64,000 nucleotides of DNA from Vicugna vicugna (taxonomy: Eukaryota). Shown piece after piece: positions 1 through 12,800 of this stretch. Under the pieces are notes generated by a model. It had not been told where the DNA came from and searched no databases. It saw nothing but the letters and a program-made list of their open reading frames with translations. How positions within the stretch are numbered: position 1 is the stretch's first letter; every line of letters starts with the position of its first letter. The DNA lies in assembly GCA_013265495.1 (NCBI GenBank), contig MU059441.1, positions 496,001 through 560,000 on the forward strand. The letters are read 5' to 3'. The position numbers were made by a program, and so were the translations under genes.

Positions 1-1047
1 CCCCCCACCCTTGGAGGGGCTTCCAGAGTGGCCTGTCCCCTGTGGGCTCCTCTGCGTGCCTGGGCCTGAGCCCCGCAGTCTGCACAGATGCCCAGGTGGC
101 CCCGAGGAGTACCCTGTCGTCTGCGTGCTCCCGTGCTGGAGGGGAGGCCTCGGAGCCAGAACGGCGGAAATGAGGGTGCAGGCCTTGGGAAGGCCTGCGG
201 GGTCCCTGTTGTGCGGTTGTCTCCTGGGACCCGCAGACCTCCGGAGATACCCTGGGTCTCCACAGCTCCCTGTCCCCCCAGGGCTGAATTGGGGTGAGTC
301 CCCAGAATCCAGTCACCGTGCAGAGTGGGGCAGGGGAGGGCCCGCCACCTTGAGGGGACACTCACAGAGGTTCGGGGGCTTTGGCTGCTGAGGAAAGCCA
401 TGTGGGGAGCAGGGGGGCACATCTAGTCATACCTGGCATGGCAGGGACCTCCTGGGGACATACACGGACGCTGGTGCAGCCGACTGAAGGGTGGGTGTAG
501 GGAGGAGAGCCCCTCCTGCGGCTTAGGGCCTGGGGTGGGGCAGACACTCGGAGGAGGGCTTTCCAGCGAGCGGCAGAGATGCCTGTGGGACCCTCGGAGC
601 CCAGAAGCGAGTGGGCACGGGGGCTGCGTGGACCCTGAGTGCCGATCGTTCCAGCTGCAGGTCCCTTGCAGACAAGGTCCTGCCCGGCTCATCGGGGCTG
701 AGAAACACTCAGAATTGCAGTGAGTGGGAGAGGCTGGGTGACAGCCCCCGGGAACATGACCCGGAGAGGCGAGGGGGACCGCGTGGGAGGCGAGGGGAAG
801 GTTCCACATGCTACAGCCGCCTGGAGGACTGCTGCCCCGACCAGTGTCGCTGGGCGGTCGGGGCCCAGGGCACTTCCACTCTGCCCCTCGTTTACTGCCG
901 GTGGTCCCGTGTCACAGACTGAGAACGGAGGCCGGAGAGGCTGGCTAGCTCCCTCGGCTGTCCAGGCTCACACCTGGCACCTGCAGGCCATTCCTCAGAC
1001 GCCGCTCTGCACGTGAGGGGGCGGCAGATCAGGTCGGAGGTAAGGGC

Positions 1048-1145
1048 CTGCAGACCTGGATTGGACCTCAGCCCTGCCTCTCGCTGGTTCTGCGCCTTGA
1101 GCAAGTCACACGGCCTCTGGGCTTCTCTCGTCTGCCCTTGAGATG
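1048..1145 (+). mobile_element. MIR SINE fragment (ancient)
   Basis: gccttgagcaagtcacacggcctctgggcttctctcgtctgcccttgagatg resembles the MIR core (gaccttgggcaagtcacttaacctctctgagcctcagtttcctcatctgtaaaatgg); recognised by eye, boundaries approximate. Confidence 0.6.
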
Positions 1146-1544
1146 CACGTGGAGGGTGGACCTAGGACGTCAGCAGCTGCTGCCGGGGCTCAGCATTCAT
1201 TTACTTTGTCATCACCTTCATCACCTGCTGGCAGGACGACGAACAGACTTAGTACATAAATTGAGTTTACTGAGAAAACATGTCTTTTCCCAGACAGAGC
1301 AAACAAGAGGCAGAGTTAGAAGTGTCTTACTTAAGCCCTAGGGTGGGGTGGAGTCTTTCTTAGGGAGAGTTCTTGGGTTTGCAAATACCGGTCAATTGCA
1401 TCGTAAATACCTCCGTGGAAGTAAAGGCAGCTGCCGGCAGTGGTCACGCGGGGGAGTTTTCTTCTGAGACTGGGCGTCTTTTAGCAACTCAGAGTCAGCA
1501 GAGCAGTTTCTTAGGTGGTTGACCAGATGCCCTTGCGTTTCTCC

Positions 1545-1990
1545 TGCGTCCACCAGGCACTGTGCCTGGCACTGGAGATAGGACGACAGGACAGCTTCCC
1601 GTCCTGCCAGCAAGGAGCTTACGGCATTTGGGGATAACAGACCACATCTTAAAATTAATTGCACCAAAAGCAGTTGCCCAGTGACTGATGGACAGTGGCG
1701 GTAGTGAGCCATGAAAGACAGACCTCCTGAGAGAAGGCGCCCTGACCCAGACCTGTGTCCAGAGGCTCCTCTTAAATTGACTCCACAGAGGAGTCGGCCC
1801 GGAGGGGAGACAGAGAGAGAGAGAGAGCATGTCAAAGGAAGGTCAGCAGGTGCAAAGGCCCTGGGGCAGGGAGTAACTGGCATATTCAAGGGATTGGAAG
1901 CCTGCAGGGCTGGAGAGGAGGGCATGAGAAGTCGCAGGAGCCAGACTGCGAGGACTGTCGCACACAGAGATTCTGCTTGTGAGCCAAGAG
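1545..1990 (-). mobile_element. L2 LINE 3' fragment (ancient)
   Basis: ccaggcactgtgcctggcactggagata...aaggagcttac and gcaggtgcaaaggccctggggcagggag...ttcaaggga are typical antisense L2 3' segments; boundaries approximate. Confidence 0.6.
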
Positions 1991-2024
1991 CAGTGAGATG
2001 CCGTTGCAGCTGCGTTCTTTCCTG

Positions 2025-3860
2025 ACACATGCGTTTAAGGTAGTGATTTCTCTATAAACACAGCTTTTGTTACGCCCTGCAAGTTTTGATCTATTGTGCT
2101 TTCATTATAATTCAGCTCGCGATCTTTCTAATTTTCATACTGATTTCTTCTTTGACTCATAGGTTATCACACAATGTATTGCTGAATTTCCAAACATTGG
2201 TAATTTTCTGGTTGCCTCTTGAATCATTGATTTCTGGTTTAATTCTGTGACGAGAGAACTCACTCTAAATCCTGTAAACTTTTGAGTCGTGCCGTGTGAC
2301 CCAGTGGCTGGTGTGCGTGCAGCTGCCGTGTGCCTGCAGCAGCGTGCCGTGTTCTGTCGGGCGCACGTCCTGTGTGTCCCCAGGTTGGGCCGGGCAGCCG
2401 TGTTCAGACCCTCTGGATCGTTGCTGATGTGCAGATGTGTGGTTCTTCCTGAGATCACTTCCTTCCATCTAAAGAACTTCTGGTGCTTCTCTTGCTGTGG
2501 TTTGCTGATTACAGGCTGTCTGGAGGTGCCTTCACTTTTGAAGACACAGCAGCCCTTTCCTTGGGCTTTTTCAAGGAGTCTCTGCACTCCACTGGACGTC
2601 TGATCCCCGCAAAAGTCAGCGTCGGTGTTACTCTGATTCTTTTGTGGTTCTCTCTCTTTTTCTCTGTCTGATTTTCAGATTTTCCCTTTGTCTTTGTTTT
2701 TTTTTTTAGCAGACTGGAGTGTCCGGGTTGAAGTTTTCTTTCCTTTTTCCTGCTTGAGGTCTGTGCCTTGGGGTCCTTTGGTGAGTTTTAGAAATGTTTC
2801 AGCTATTCTCTCTTCAGATTAAACCCTGTTTTGCCCTCCGTGGAGCGGCAGCCCCGCATTACAGCTCACGTGTCTCTGCGCTGTCTCTTCCGCTTCCTCA
2901 GTTTCTCCAGCTCCGTGCTGTGACCTGAGCTGTGTGTACCGACCTTTCACTTCCCTGATCCTCTGCCTTAAACCTATTCATGAATTCAGAATTTCAGTTA
3001 CTGCGTTTTCTTCAGTTCTAGAAGGTCACTTCACTTCTTCTCCCCCAGTCTCAGGTGAGAGTCTGGGTTTTGCATCTAAATTCTTGAACATATTGATTGT
3101 AGTTATTCTGAAGTCATCTGCAGGTCTGTGTCTGTGGCCTGTTTCTTCCCCTTGGTCCTGTTTCGTTCTGTGCCTGGTGATTCTCGGTTGGATGCCAGAC
3201 ATCGCGGAGGAAGGACGGAGGCGCTGAGGGTGTCGCAGGCACTCGCCTGCCCCCGAGGCGCTAGGCGGAGGCATCACCTCAAGCGCTGCGGTCTGAGCTG
3301 ACTTTGGCAGCAGAGCTCTGGCTGCTTCTGATGCGCCCCATCCTCAGGGTCCAGGCCCCCCCCCATGGTGAGCTCTAGGCCCCTGTTTTTGCTTCCTCAA
3401 CTCTGTGGAGCTTCTGAAAACTCCAGTCTCCTTTCAGTGGCTTTTTACCAAGTTCTTAGTTTTTTACCTGGAGGCTTCTTGAGCTCAGGGATCTGGAAAA
3501 TGCCTTAAAAGAGGAGGACAACCGAGTTCCTCACTACATTTTAGCTCCCTCCTCCCAGGGTCCTGGTCCCTCAAGTCCAGCTGCCTCAGCAGCTCAGGCC
3601 CCAAAGCAGTTTGTGTCCCCGTCCTGGGAGAACGTCCTGAGAGGCCCAGAAGCCCTGGAGCAGAGGCTGTCTCCCAGCACCAGGAATCGCGAGAACTCTG
3701 GGGGCAGTGGCCCCTGCATGGGCACTCACCTCCAAGTTCCCTTCTCGCCACGACCTTGGCCCTCAGGTCCTGCTTTGTCGTGTCCTCAGTAGCCTTCAAA
3801 CAGACTTTTAAATCCCAGCTTTTAAATTTTTTTCTCGAAGGAGAGCGTGGTTCTTCCACA
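2025..3860 (-). mobile_element. Degraded L1M (ancient mammalian LINE-1): 5' region, ORF1 and start of ORF2
   Basis: T-rich antisense L1 signatures: tgatttcttctttgactcataggttat...tgctgaatttccaaacattggg, ttttcttcagttctagaa, and ccctcaagtccagctgcctcagcagctc...gccttcaaacagac; no intact ORF; subfamily not assignable by eye. Confidence 0.7.
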
Positions 3861-4066
3861 AGCCACGCCCCAGTGGGGCGACGGAGGTGGAGTTTGCCAA
3901 GCAGACACCGGTTGCATCGACGGCGTTAGACGCTGCTGGACGGGCAACTCTCCCAACCTCCCTTGGGCCACCGAGCTTTCCTGCGTGTCCTCAGGTTTCA
4001 GGAGACACCTGCTGAGGGCGGTGGGAGCTGGTGACTGAGGAGGAGCCTGTGCGCGAGGCCGACATC

Positions 4067-4151
4067 CACACGCATGCAGCCACACGCACCCACACGCACA
4101 CACACACACACACACGAGCACACGCAGACATGCACACGCACACACACACAC
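4067..4151. repeat. Imperfect (CA)n / (CACG)n microsatellite
   Basis: cacacgcacccacacgcacacacacacacacacacgagcacacgcagacatgcacacgcacacacacac read directly. Confidence 0.9.
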
Positions 4152-5095
4152 CCTTCACCTCATAACAGCACAGAAAGCGAATTGCTCAGATTCCCTGAAG
4201 GGAGGGATCAAGACACCAGGGGGCATCCTGCATTTATTGTCACATCTATTTTTTTATGACGACCTCCGTCCTCTTCCCAGGGGATTCATTCCGACCTGTC
4301 TCGGCTCCTCCCCGTCAGGAAACTTGTTCAGCCCCCCAGCCCCACGGAGAACAGCCCTCAGAGAGGTTGGAACAATTGAGCTGAAGGAAGGTTATTAAGC
4401 ATTTCCTGGAGCTGAGTCGTTGTCTCTGAGGACCACGATCCGAGAGGCCTGATGAGGGAGGTCAGGGCCGCTGGCTGGAGGGCCTGGCTTCAGGCGCACG
4501 AGCTTCCCCAGCCTGCGCCTACCAGGGGCCTAGTGGTGAGGCTGACCACCCGTCAGGACAACGGCCGTGCGTTCGAGCCCCAGAGGAGACGGCATTCCAA
4601 ATGTTCTCTAACGCAGAAAACGCTCACGTCGCCCTGAATTCAAAAGGTGCTTCACCACCCCCGTCCGTGTCTCAACTAACCTTTCAAAAGAAGCATTTTC
4701 TATTCAGAAATTTGCCAAAGCGTGGCTTACAGTGGTGTACCTGGCTCTTTGAGAGGTCAACACGGCAAACCCATTTAATAATTCTTTCACCAGATCGAAG
4801 TGCAGGAAGTCCATTCCTCCAAGAAAATGGGGGCCTGGCCCTCAGTACGTGTTGCTGCTGTGTGGGGCTCACAGTTTGGAGTCCTTATGGGAAGCGTGTG
4901 GCCAGCACTGAGACAAAGTCCCACGGCCTGCAGGCTCCCTTCCCCAGCTGTGAAACGGGGCAGGCACGGGGCACCGTGGGATCTGAACCCAGTCAGGTAG
5001 CGTCTACACCTGCTCTTTTCTCCTGGGCTGCAATGCCCCGTCCCAAATGTTTGGGCAGGGAGTTCTCTGCCTGCCTGACGGATGGGCTTCCCTGA

Positions 5096-5195
5096 GTGCA
5101 TGTGCACACACATAGGCCTGTGTGCGTGTGTGCACGCACGTGTGTGCACGTGTCTGTGTGTGCACTGTGGTGTCTGTGTATGGTGTCTGTGTGTG
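5096..5195. repeat. Imperfect (TG)n / purine-pyrimidine tract
   Basis: gtgcatgtgcacacac...tgtgtgcgtgtgtgcacgcacgtgtgtgcacgtgtctgtgtgtgcac. Confidence 0.85.
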
Positions 5196-6624
5196 GTCCT
5201 TCCCAGCCACAGGCCCTCAGCAGGGCTGGCCCTACCTGTGCTGGCAGAGCTCCGCCTCCCACAGCAGGAGAGCAGCTAAGAGGCACAGGCCGTACTGTGT
5301 GGCCGCGGGGTGGAGCACCCCCGGAGGTGTGGGTGACTGCGCCCTCAGCTGAGGGGGACATGCTGGGAGGAGGCTGCTTCCTGCCCCGGCAGACGCTGCG
5401 TCTGGACGTGGCGTCAGGATTCTGTGTGTCAGCCCCACAGCGGGACTCAGCTCCCGGGTGGGCGTTCAAGGGGACCGCGTGCTGTCGTGGGTGGGAGGAC
5501 TCCTGGTAGTTTCCACCTGCGACTCCGCTCATTTCAGGACTCAGAATCGGCTGTGTGGTGCGTCTGTGTCTCCCGCTTTCTGTCTGGAACGCCCTCCTTC
5601 TTCTTTCCTTACAGATTATGCTCACTTTTCAGAACCCAACCCAGGCATCTTTCCTGCCTACTGTTGGTCTCCCCCAGAGGTCCGTCCACTGCCCTGAGTT
5701 CCTCGGCCTTCCCAGCGTTCGGCCCAGGACTCAGCTTTGCGCGATGCTGGTCGAGTGCACACTGGCGGGCAGGCGAGCCGATGCCCATTTGTGGCATTTG
5801 GGGTGGGATTTAAAAACACACAGCCGACGGTTCAGGCATCTCCTCAGTGCGCGGTGGGGCCGCGTGTGCGCGGCGGGGCCTTAGGTCCAGTGGGGGGTGT
5901 GCAGGTCCCAGTGGTGCCAGTCAGAGGACGAGGCTGCGCTGACATGCACTCCTCTTGCTTCTGAAGGTTTGAGGTCATTTGTTAAGCACATAATAAACAC
6001 TCAGTAAACAGTAGGTATTATTTTGTGGAAACTCACACTTTAGTGGGTTCAGAGTTAGAAAGGTTGGAGAGTGGTGGCCAGGAGAGGCCCAGTCCTCGAT
6101 ACCTAGAGTGATTCTGCCCCACAGCTCCCCGTCTGGGGACGTGGCCTCAAGCCCTTGCATGTGCACAGGGCAGCCACAGGCAAGGGCATTGCCACCGTGT
6201 CTCCGAGCGTGAGAGCCTCACAGGCCATGCAGGGACAGAGGCCAGCCTGATCCGTCGACTCTGGAGCAGCAGACGAAGCTGGAAGGGGACTCAGAAGACA
6301 CGCAGGATGTCTCGTCTGGGAAGAGCTCGTCGTGGCTGTCTGTGCCCTGACACTGCGCTGCACCATGTCTGCTCTGTAGTTTGTGTGCACATAGGGACGG
6401 TCTGGAAGGACGGGCTCCAGGCGGGCACGGCAGCCTCCTCTGGGCAGTTCCAGGACACTCAGGATGGCTTTGACTCTGTGCGTGCATGTGCTCCTGTAGC
6501 CGGTATGACTAAAACTTGATAAGGGTAGAAAGACACTGACAGGGGAAGGACTGTCAATGGATGAGTTGGGGAGTCAGGCACTGGGTGACGGGGACAGCGA
6601 CCACAAGCGGCAGGAGCTGGCCTG

Positions 6625-6890
6625 GTGCATGAGTGTGCACACGTGTGAGAGTGCATGCAAATGCATGCGAGGGTATGTTGGAAGGCGTGCATACGTGAGT
6701 GTGTGCACGTACGCATGTCTGTGTGAGCACCTGTACGTGTGTGCATCTGCGTGTGCACGTGTGTACCTTTCTGTGTGCAAGCGTCGGTGTACTGCCTGCA
6801 TGTGTGTGTGAGTGTACACATGAGTGCACGCATGGCTTGTGAGTCTGTATACATGTGAGTTTGTCTGTGTGCACACATGCGAGTGTGCAG
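6625..6890. repeat. Long imperfect TG/CA-rich alternating tract
   Basis: about 265 nt of gtgcat/gtgtgc/gcacgt variants. Confidence 0.85.
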
Positions 6891-8144
6891 CTCTCTGGGC
6901 GAGGCCTGGCCTCTGACTCACCTGCTGCCTGTTCTTGGGCGTCCCTGTCGCAGATGGACAAGGTGGAGCCTCACTGGGCAGGACATGGGGACGGGCGGTG
7001 TCTGTCCTGTCACTGTGACAGCGAGCGCGGGCACCCGGAGGTTCTGGGCGGCGGTGTCGGACTGGCCAGTGGCAGCAGCTTGGAAACCAGAGATAGCCCA
7101 GAGAGGGCCCCTGACTCGCACTGGGAGACCGTGTGTGACAGCCAAGGGGAGGCAGCTGCCCGCCTGTACTATCCCGAGACATCAGAGGGACATGGCCCTG
7201 TCACTGTGCTGGGCGGCCCTCCCCACGCCGGGCTCGAGCAGAGGGGCCACTTTCCCTGCATCCCCGCCTGTCCTCCAGGCTTCTCCGGGAGGGTCTCCTC
7301 ATGGTCTGTTCTTGGCCAGCTGGGGGCAGGGACACATCCCTCCCAGACTGGTCCCCAGGCCCTGCTCCATCGCCAGGGTCGCCGTCCGCAGAGGCAGTCG
7401 GGGAGGGCCTGGTTGCATTTGCTCATTACCTCCCTGCCCCTTAGGTTTTTTTAAGTCATGGTTTCTCTTTAAAGAGGGGCCTGGGGGGTGCTGATCTGGG
7501 CCTCTCTCTCCTGAGGCTGCTGCAGAGGGTGGGTGCCACATGGTTTGCCTCCCCGGGCAGCCCCGCCCTCTGGAGGTGCCTGGGGCTCCATCCTGTGAGC
7601 TTCCACTCCGCTCCCAGGACCTCAGACTCCGTGGACAGGAGCCCAGCGCTGCCGTCTGCTCCGCAGTCCGCCCTCCCAGAGCTGGCTCTGTGTCTGGGGA
7701 GCGGGCTGCTGGACCCTGTGCTGGTCGCTGCAGCCCCAGGTGAATGTCACCCTCCCAGGCAGGGGCCCGGGGACTTCCTGGGACATTTGTGGGGTCCGGG
7801 TGGCTCTGCAGGGTGAGCGGAGGCCTGGGGTGCCGAGCTGAGGGAGGGGCACCTGTGCTGCGCAGAAACAGGTTTAGGGGGTTGGTGAGGCTCGGAGGCG
7901 ACTGGGAGGGAGGGCGGCCTGGTCCCAAATGTGAAAAGCCCTCGTGCCGGCGAAGAACTTGGAGTTTGGAATTCATCCCACAGGCGGGGCGAGCCACAGA
8001 AAGCGTCTGAGCAGGAGCTGATAAGATCAGATGGGTGTCTTCGAAGGAGAACTGGCAGTGTCTGGGAGGTGAACCGCTCACGGTTCTGAGGCAGAGGAGG
8101 GGCCCGCTGGGGAACTGCCCACCGCCTGCAGCGACGCACCCAGG

Positions 8145-8212
8145 GGCTCACCCCCCCCAACAGACGCGTGGGGCTCACACCCCAACAGACGCGCTGGGCT
8201 TGCCCCCCCACC
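8145..8212. repeat. Short degenerate tandem repeat (about 26-28 bp unit, about 2.5 copies)
   Basis: ggggctcacccccccaacagacgcgt / ggggctcacaccccaacagacgcgc / tgggcttgcccccca. Confidence 0.7.
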
Positions 8213-9774
8213 AACATGCAAGGCCAGTCGGGGGAGCAACAGATAAGTGCCGTGAGGGGACAGGCTAGGAAAGCGGGACGAGGGGCCGTCCCAGACCCCG
8301 GAGCCGGCCAGAGGGGTGAGAAGGGGCTCCACAGACGCCGGGCTTGGGCGCCAGGCGGGGGGCCGGGTCCACCCAGAAGAAGGGAGGCCCCTGACCAAGG
8401 CAGGTGAGCAGGGGTGCTGGGGTGGGGGTCGTCCCCTGCCCCAGTGCTGCGGGGGACGAGGGGCTCCATGAGGTGGGGGGCTGTCCGAGGACCACAGGCG
8501 GTGGGCCCAGCCTGCTCTGCTGGGTTTGAAGAGCCTGGAGCCTGTGTCCCCTGCTGACCACCCGCCGCGGCCTTCTTCCTGCTCACTGTCCCTGACCCAG
8601 GAAGCTGGCCTCAGAGCCGGTGGTCCGCGAGCCCATCCCTCGACAGAGACCAATGGCACTTGGTTCCCTGCTCACTTCAGAATGCAGCCACCGTCCCCAG
8701 AGGCCCTGCCTTGTGCCAGGTTTGCTCTCTCTGGAGGGTCACGTTCACCTTGGCTCTGGGAGGGGGTACCGTCACAGTGGAGGGTCTCCGTTTTCAGTTG
8801 GGGAACAGGCTCCCACTGACTGGCCTCCTCATCGGGTTTACTCTTCCGAGTCCGGCGCCTCCCGGATCTGCTTCCCGAGAGGAGGCCTTGCTCAGAGTCC
8901 TGCGGAGGCCCCGTCAGGCCGGGCCTCTGTCCCCCTGCAGTGAGCCTCGAGAAGGTCAAGAGGGGCAACGCCGCAGTCCCAGAGATGCGCACTGCCCGAC
9001 CCTCGGCGCCAGGGCTCGAGGGCTGCGGGCCGGGGTGGGGTTCCAGGAAGGAAGTCTGCGGCCTCTGAGCTCCTTCACGTAGAGTTAGTGCTCACGTGTG
9101 GCATCCCGACCGTCTCCAGACCACGAGGAGGGCACCTGTGTGGGAGGCTGGGGATCTGAAGGGTTGGGGTCTCCACCCTTCACCCAGCAGCTCTGACCTG
9201 CAGCAGCAGGGGGCCTGCCCGGAGGGTCCACCTCCAGAGGACGGTGTGCGTGGTCTGGGCTGGACACACGCGGCCCTGGGTGTTCCCTCGTGCCCCCCAG
9301 CACGTCTTCCTGCACACACGTGCACGTGCTCGCACACACGACACACGGCCCCGGCTGGCTGCTGCGTGCCGTGGCGGGGTGCAGGGGTCCTCCGGTCAGT
9401 GGGTTGGGGGGACCGTCTCTCTAGGCTCCGAGTCTGGGAGCAGGTAGGTTGAGCGCACAGAAGTTGGATGCTGGAATGAAGACGTCCTCGGATCTCTTTC
9501 TAGACTTCTCTGGGGCCAGCCCCGCACGTTTTAAATACGTATAAAACATGTGGCTACAGTTATTTAAAATACTAAATACCCAGCGGAGCAAGTTCCCCCA
9601 CCTCGGTGACCTTTTTCCAGTTTGTTTTTTCAGATGAATGTAGAACGCCTTCGGCGAGCTTGCCCTCCCCCACGCCTCGCTGGACAAACGGAAGAGAGGA
9701 CGATCTGTTGCTCTTCTCTGGGATGAGTGTGTCCTCTGGGTGCCGTCAGTCCTCTCAGGTTGCCACCCGTGCTG

Positions 9775-9890
9775 GGTTTTATTTTGTTTTATTTTGAAAT
9801 AATTTCAAACGCACAGAAAGGTCACAAGAACGAGCGAGAAGCTCTCGTATCTTTGTCACCCAGGCCCCGACCGGTCAGGTGCCCCCGAGT
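9775..9890 (-). mobile_element. L1MC/L1MD-like 3' end fragment
   Basis: ttttattttgaaataatttcaaacgcacagaaaggtcacaagaac resembles the antisense terminus of ancient L1M elements (tttattttgaaataatttcaaacttacagaaaagttgcaagaatag). Confidence 0.6.
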
Positions 9891-12800
9891 CTGTGTCCCC
9901 ACCCCTCCCTGCTTCTGGCACAGTGACCTGTGGCCCCTAAGGACTCGAGTCCACCGGGCACCCCCCCAGGACTGTCCCGCGTGACCGCACACGGCCCTTC
10001 CGGCCAGGAGACCCGCGCTGGCCCCGCCCCGCCCCGCCTCAGCCCCCGCGCCCGGCCTGCACCTCTTTCCTTTCTGCCCGGTGCTCGTCGTGCTACGCCC
10101 TGTGGCCGGCAGTCTCCTTCCTGTGGGCAGTTCCTGGGTCTTTGTCTCTTGTGGCCTTGACAGCCTTCAAGGGGACAGGCCTCGTCAGGCTGGGTCCCTA
10201 GCTGAGCTGTCCTCTGGTCTGTGTGTGCGTGTGTGTGTGGTGACGGTCCCAGGGAGAAAGCCTGTCACCCGACGAGCAGCCCATTTGCGTTTCGTTTCCT
10301 GGGGAGCAGAGCCCTGCGGGCCTGGGCTCCTGAACAGCTGCCTCTGCTGGGGTGGGGGTGGGCTCAGCGAGTGGCCCCGCGGGGCAGGCTGGCAGACGGC
10401 CGGCCTGTGGGCCCCTCCCGCTGGGCTGAGTGGCCCGTGGTCAGTTCACCAAGTCCTCTGTAAGCAGCGGGTCCGCCCAGCACCTCAGCCCTGGCCGTGG
10501 TTACAGCAGCGCCTGTCCCGCTCGCAGCCGGGCTGGACCTGACGAAGACGGACGAGCGGCTCTCGGGACGCTCCCCCGCAGCCGTAATAAAAAGCCTGCT
10601 CGCAGGTTCACCCACTGCCGGCTTGTCTCTGAAATTAAGTGCCAGGCAGACGTCTAATAGCCCGGTTCCACACCAGGCCAATATTATCAGATTGATGTCA
10701 GCAGTGATAACAGGAGCCGGATAAGTTGATGAGATTTCGTTTATTAAATAAGAGAGCTTGCAGAGGACGCCGCACGCGGGCGGATGGGCAGCTGGGCTTG
10801 TGCCCGAGACCCCGTCCCTGGGAGCTGGGGGCAGGGCGGGGAGGGGGCTTCGCTGGAGGGGGCCCGGCCCGCCCTCCCTCCGGCCCGCCTTCCCGCTCGG
10901 CCACGCGGCCCCTCCTCCGCGGTCACTGGCCAGGCGTCAGACGGGCCCGGCAGGCCTGACCTCCAGGCATCTTTGCTGCCTCTCCGTGCCCTTGGCCGTT
11001 TCTCCCTTGGAGGTTCTGGGACTTCCCACAGTTGGAGGAGCAGCGTGGAGGGCCAGTGCAGTGGGGCCAGACCACCAGGCCCTGACGTCCCTCCGCCTCA
11101 CAGCCAGCCTAGGGCTGGCGGCCCCGCCGGCAGAACCACCACTATGCTGGGTCGGGCCTGCGGGTGCTGGTCCTCAGAGCCCTCCTAAGCCATGTACCGA
11201 GGTCGGGGCACCTGTCACCCCCTCCCGTGGGAGCTCCCCAGGCCCAAGTGAGCCCGGTCGGGGGCCCAGTCCTCCCTCACGCGGGTGGAGGTTAGACGCT
11301 GCGCTGACCGCAGGCCTGGACGCGGCCGCCGAGCCAAGGAGCCATCTGTCGGAAGGCGACTGGTTTGTCTGCTTCCCGCTCGCTTCCGCCAGGTCAGAAC
11401 CCTGTCTGCTCCCGCCACTTTCCTGCGTGGCTGACTGTCGCCTTTCCCAGGACATGGGTTTGTAGCCTTTTCAGAAGGATGAGTGTGTTTCGGTGGGGAA
11501 GGTGGATGAAAGGAGAGAGAAAGGCTGGCAGGAGAGACCACCCAGGTGCTGGGGGGAGGAGCTGCGCTGAGGGCCGCGGTGGGGGGGGCTTGGCCCTGCA
11601 GAAGGACCCCCCCGGCGGAGGAGGTGGGGTGTGAGAAGTGGGGATGCTGAGGAGGTGTGTCCATGCCCGCAGGGCGCTGTTGGCCCCCGGGGCGCGGGGG
11701 GAGGCAGACCCCAGACTGTGGAGGGGGTGGCTCCAGGCCATTAGGAGAGCCGGGTCCCCAGAGGCCTGGGGACTAGAGAAGGAGAAGGAGGGGGCCCTTC
11801 TGGAAGCTTCTGTGGCCGTGAGGAGGCCTCGGGGGTCTGCTCTGGGAACACCCAGAAGTGGAGCGGGGCGGGGCTGGTGCAGACCAGGCAGGAGTCGGGG
11901 GGTGGGGTGTGGTGCGGCCTCTACAGACCTGAGCCAGAAGCCCAGGAGCATCTGAGGGACACTGAAGGCCTCAAGGATGGAGGGTGGAGGAGGCAGCAAG
12001 AGGAGGGGTGGCCTCGAGAGCCGCCCAGTTCGGGGTCAGCTGGTCACAGGGATGCAGGGGGTGCCTGAGCTGCCTGGGGTTGGGGCGGGGACGACGTCGG
12101 TTTCCAGTAAGGCTGGAGAGAGTCGGGATCGGTATAGCTGGAAAGTAAGACGTCCAGAACGAAGGCGGGGGCACGTCCAGAGTGACCCCAGCTCTCTGAC
12201 TGGGGTCGCCTGGGGTGACCTGCACTCCCCAGGACTGAAACTGGGAGGGAAGTGGGCCCCTCGGTGCTAGGTGGGGACTTCGGTGAGGAAGCGGCAGATT
12301 GGGGGTAACTTCCTAGAATGTGAGGCTCAGGGACCATGGGATTCCAGGTCCTGAGCCCAGGAGTGCGTGTTGTTGGGGTCTGGGGGTTGGCCGTGGGGGT
12401 TCTGGGTCGCAGGAGCCCACAGTCTGTGGGGCAAAGGGAAGGTGTGAGGGCCTGTGCGTGCGCGTAGGGAGGGCTGAGTGCAGAGAACAGACTGCGCCAG
12501 TCGCTCCCAGCTGCTCTGAGGCCTGGCCCTCCTCTCCTCTGACCTCAAACACATAACAGAAAGTGGCCAAGCCCGAGCCCCAGCCTGGTGTGTCTGCCCC
12601 CAGACCTGTGTGCTGCCCACTGGCGCGCAGGGCTGGCTCGGGGGTCTGCTTGCTCCATGGAGCAGGGACGCCGCAATGGGTGCCTTCAGGCTCTGGGAAA
12701 GAGACAGCCTCGAGGCCTGAGGAGCCCTAGACAGTGTGGAGTGACCTGGAAACACAGGTCAGAGGGGGACGGAAGGGCAGATGGGCCTGCCTTCCAGCCA

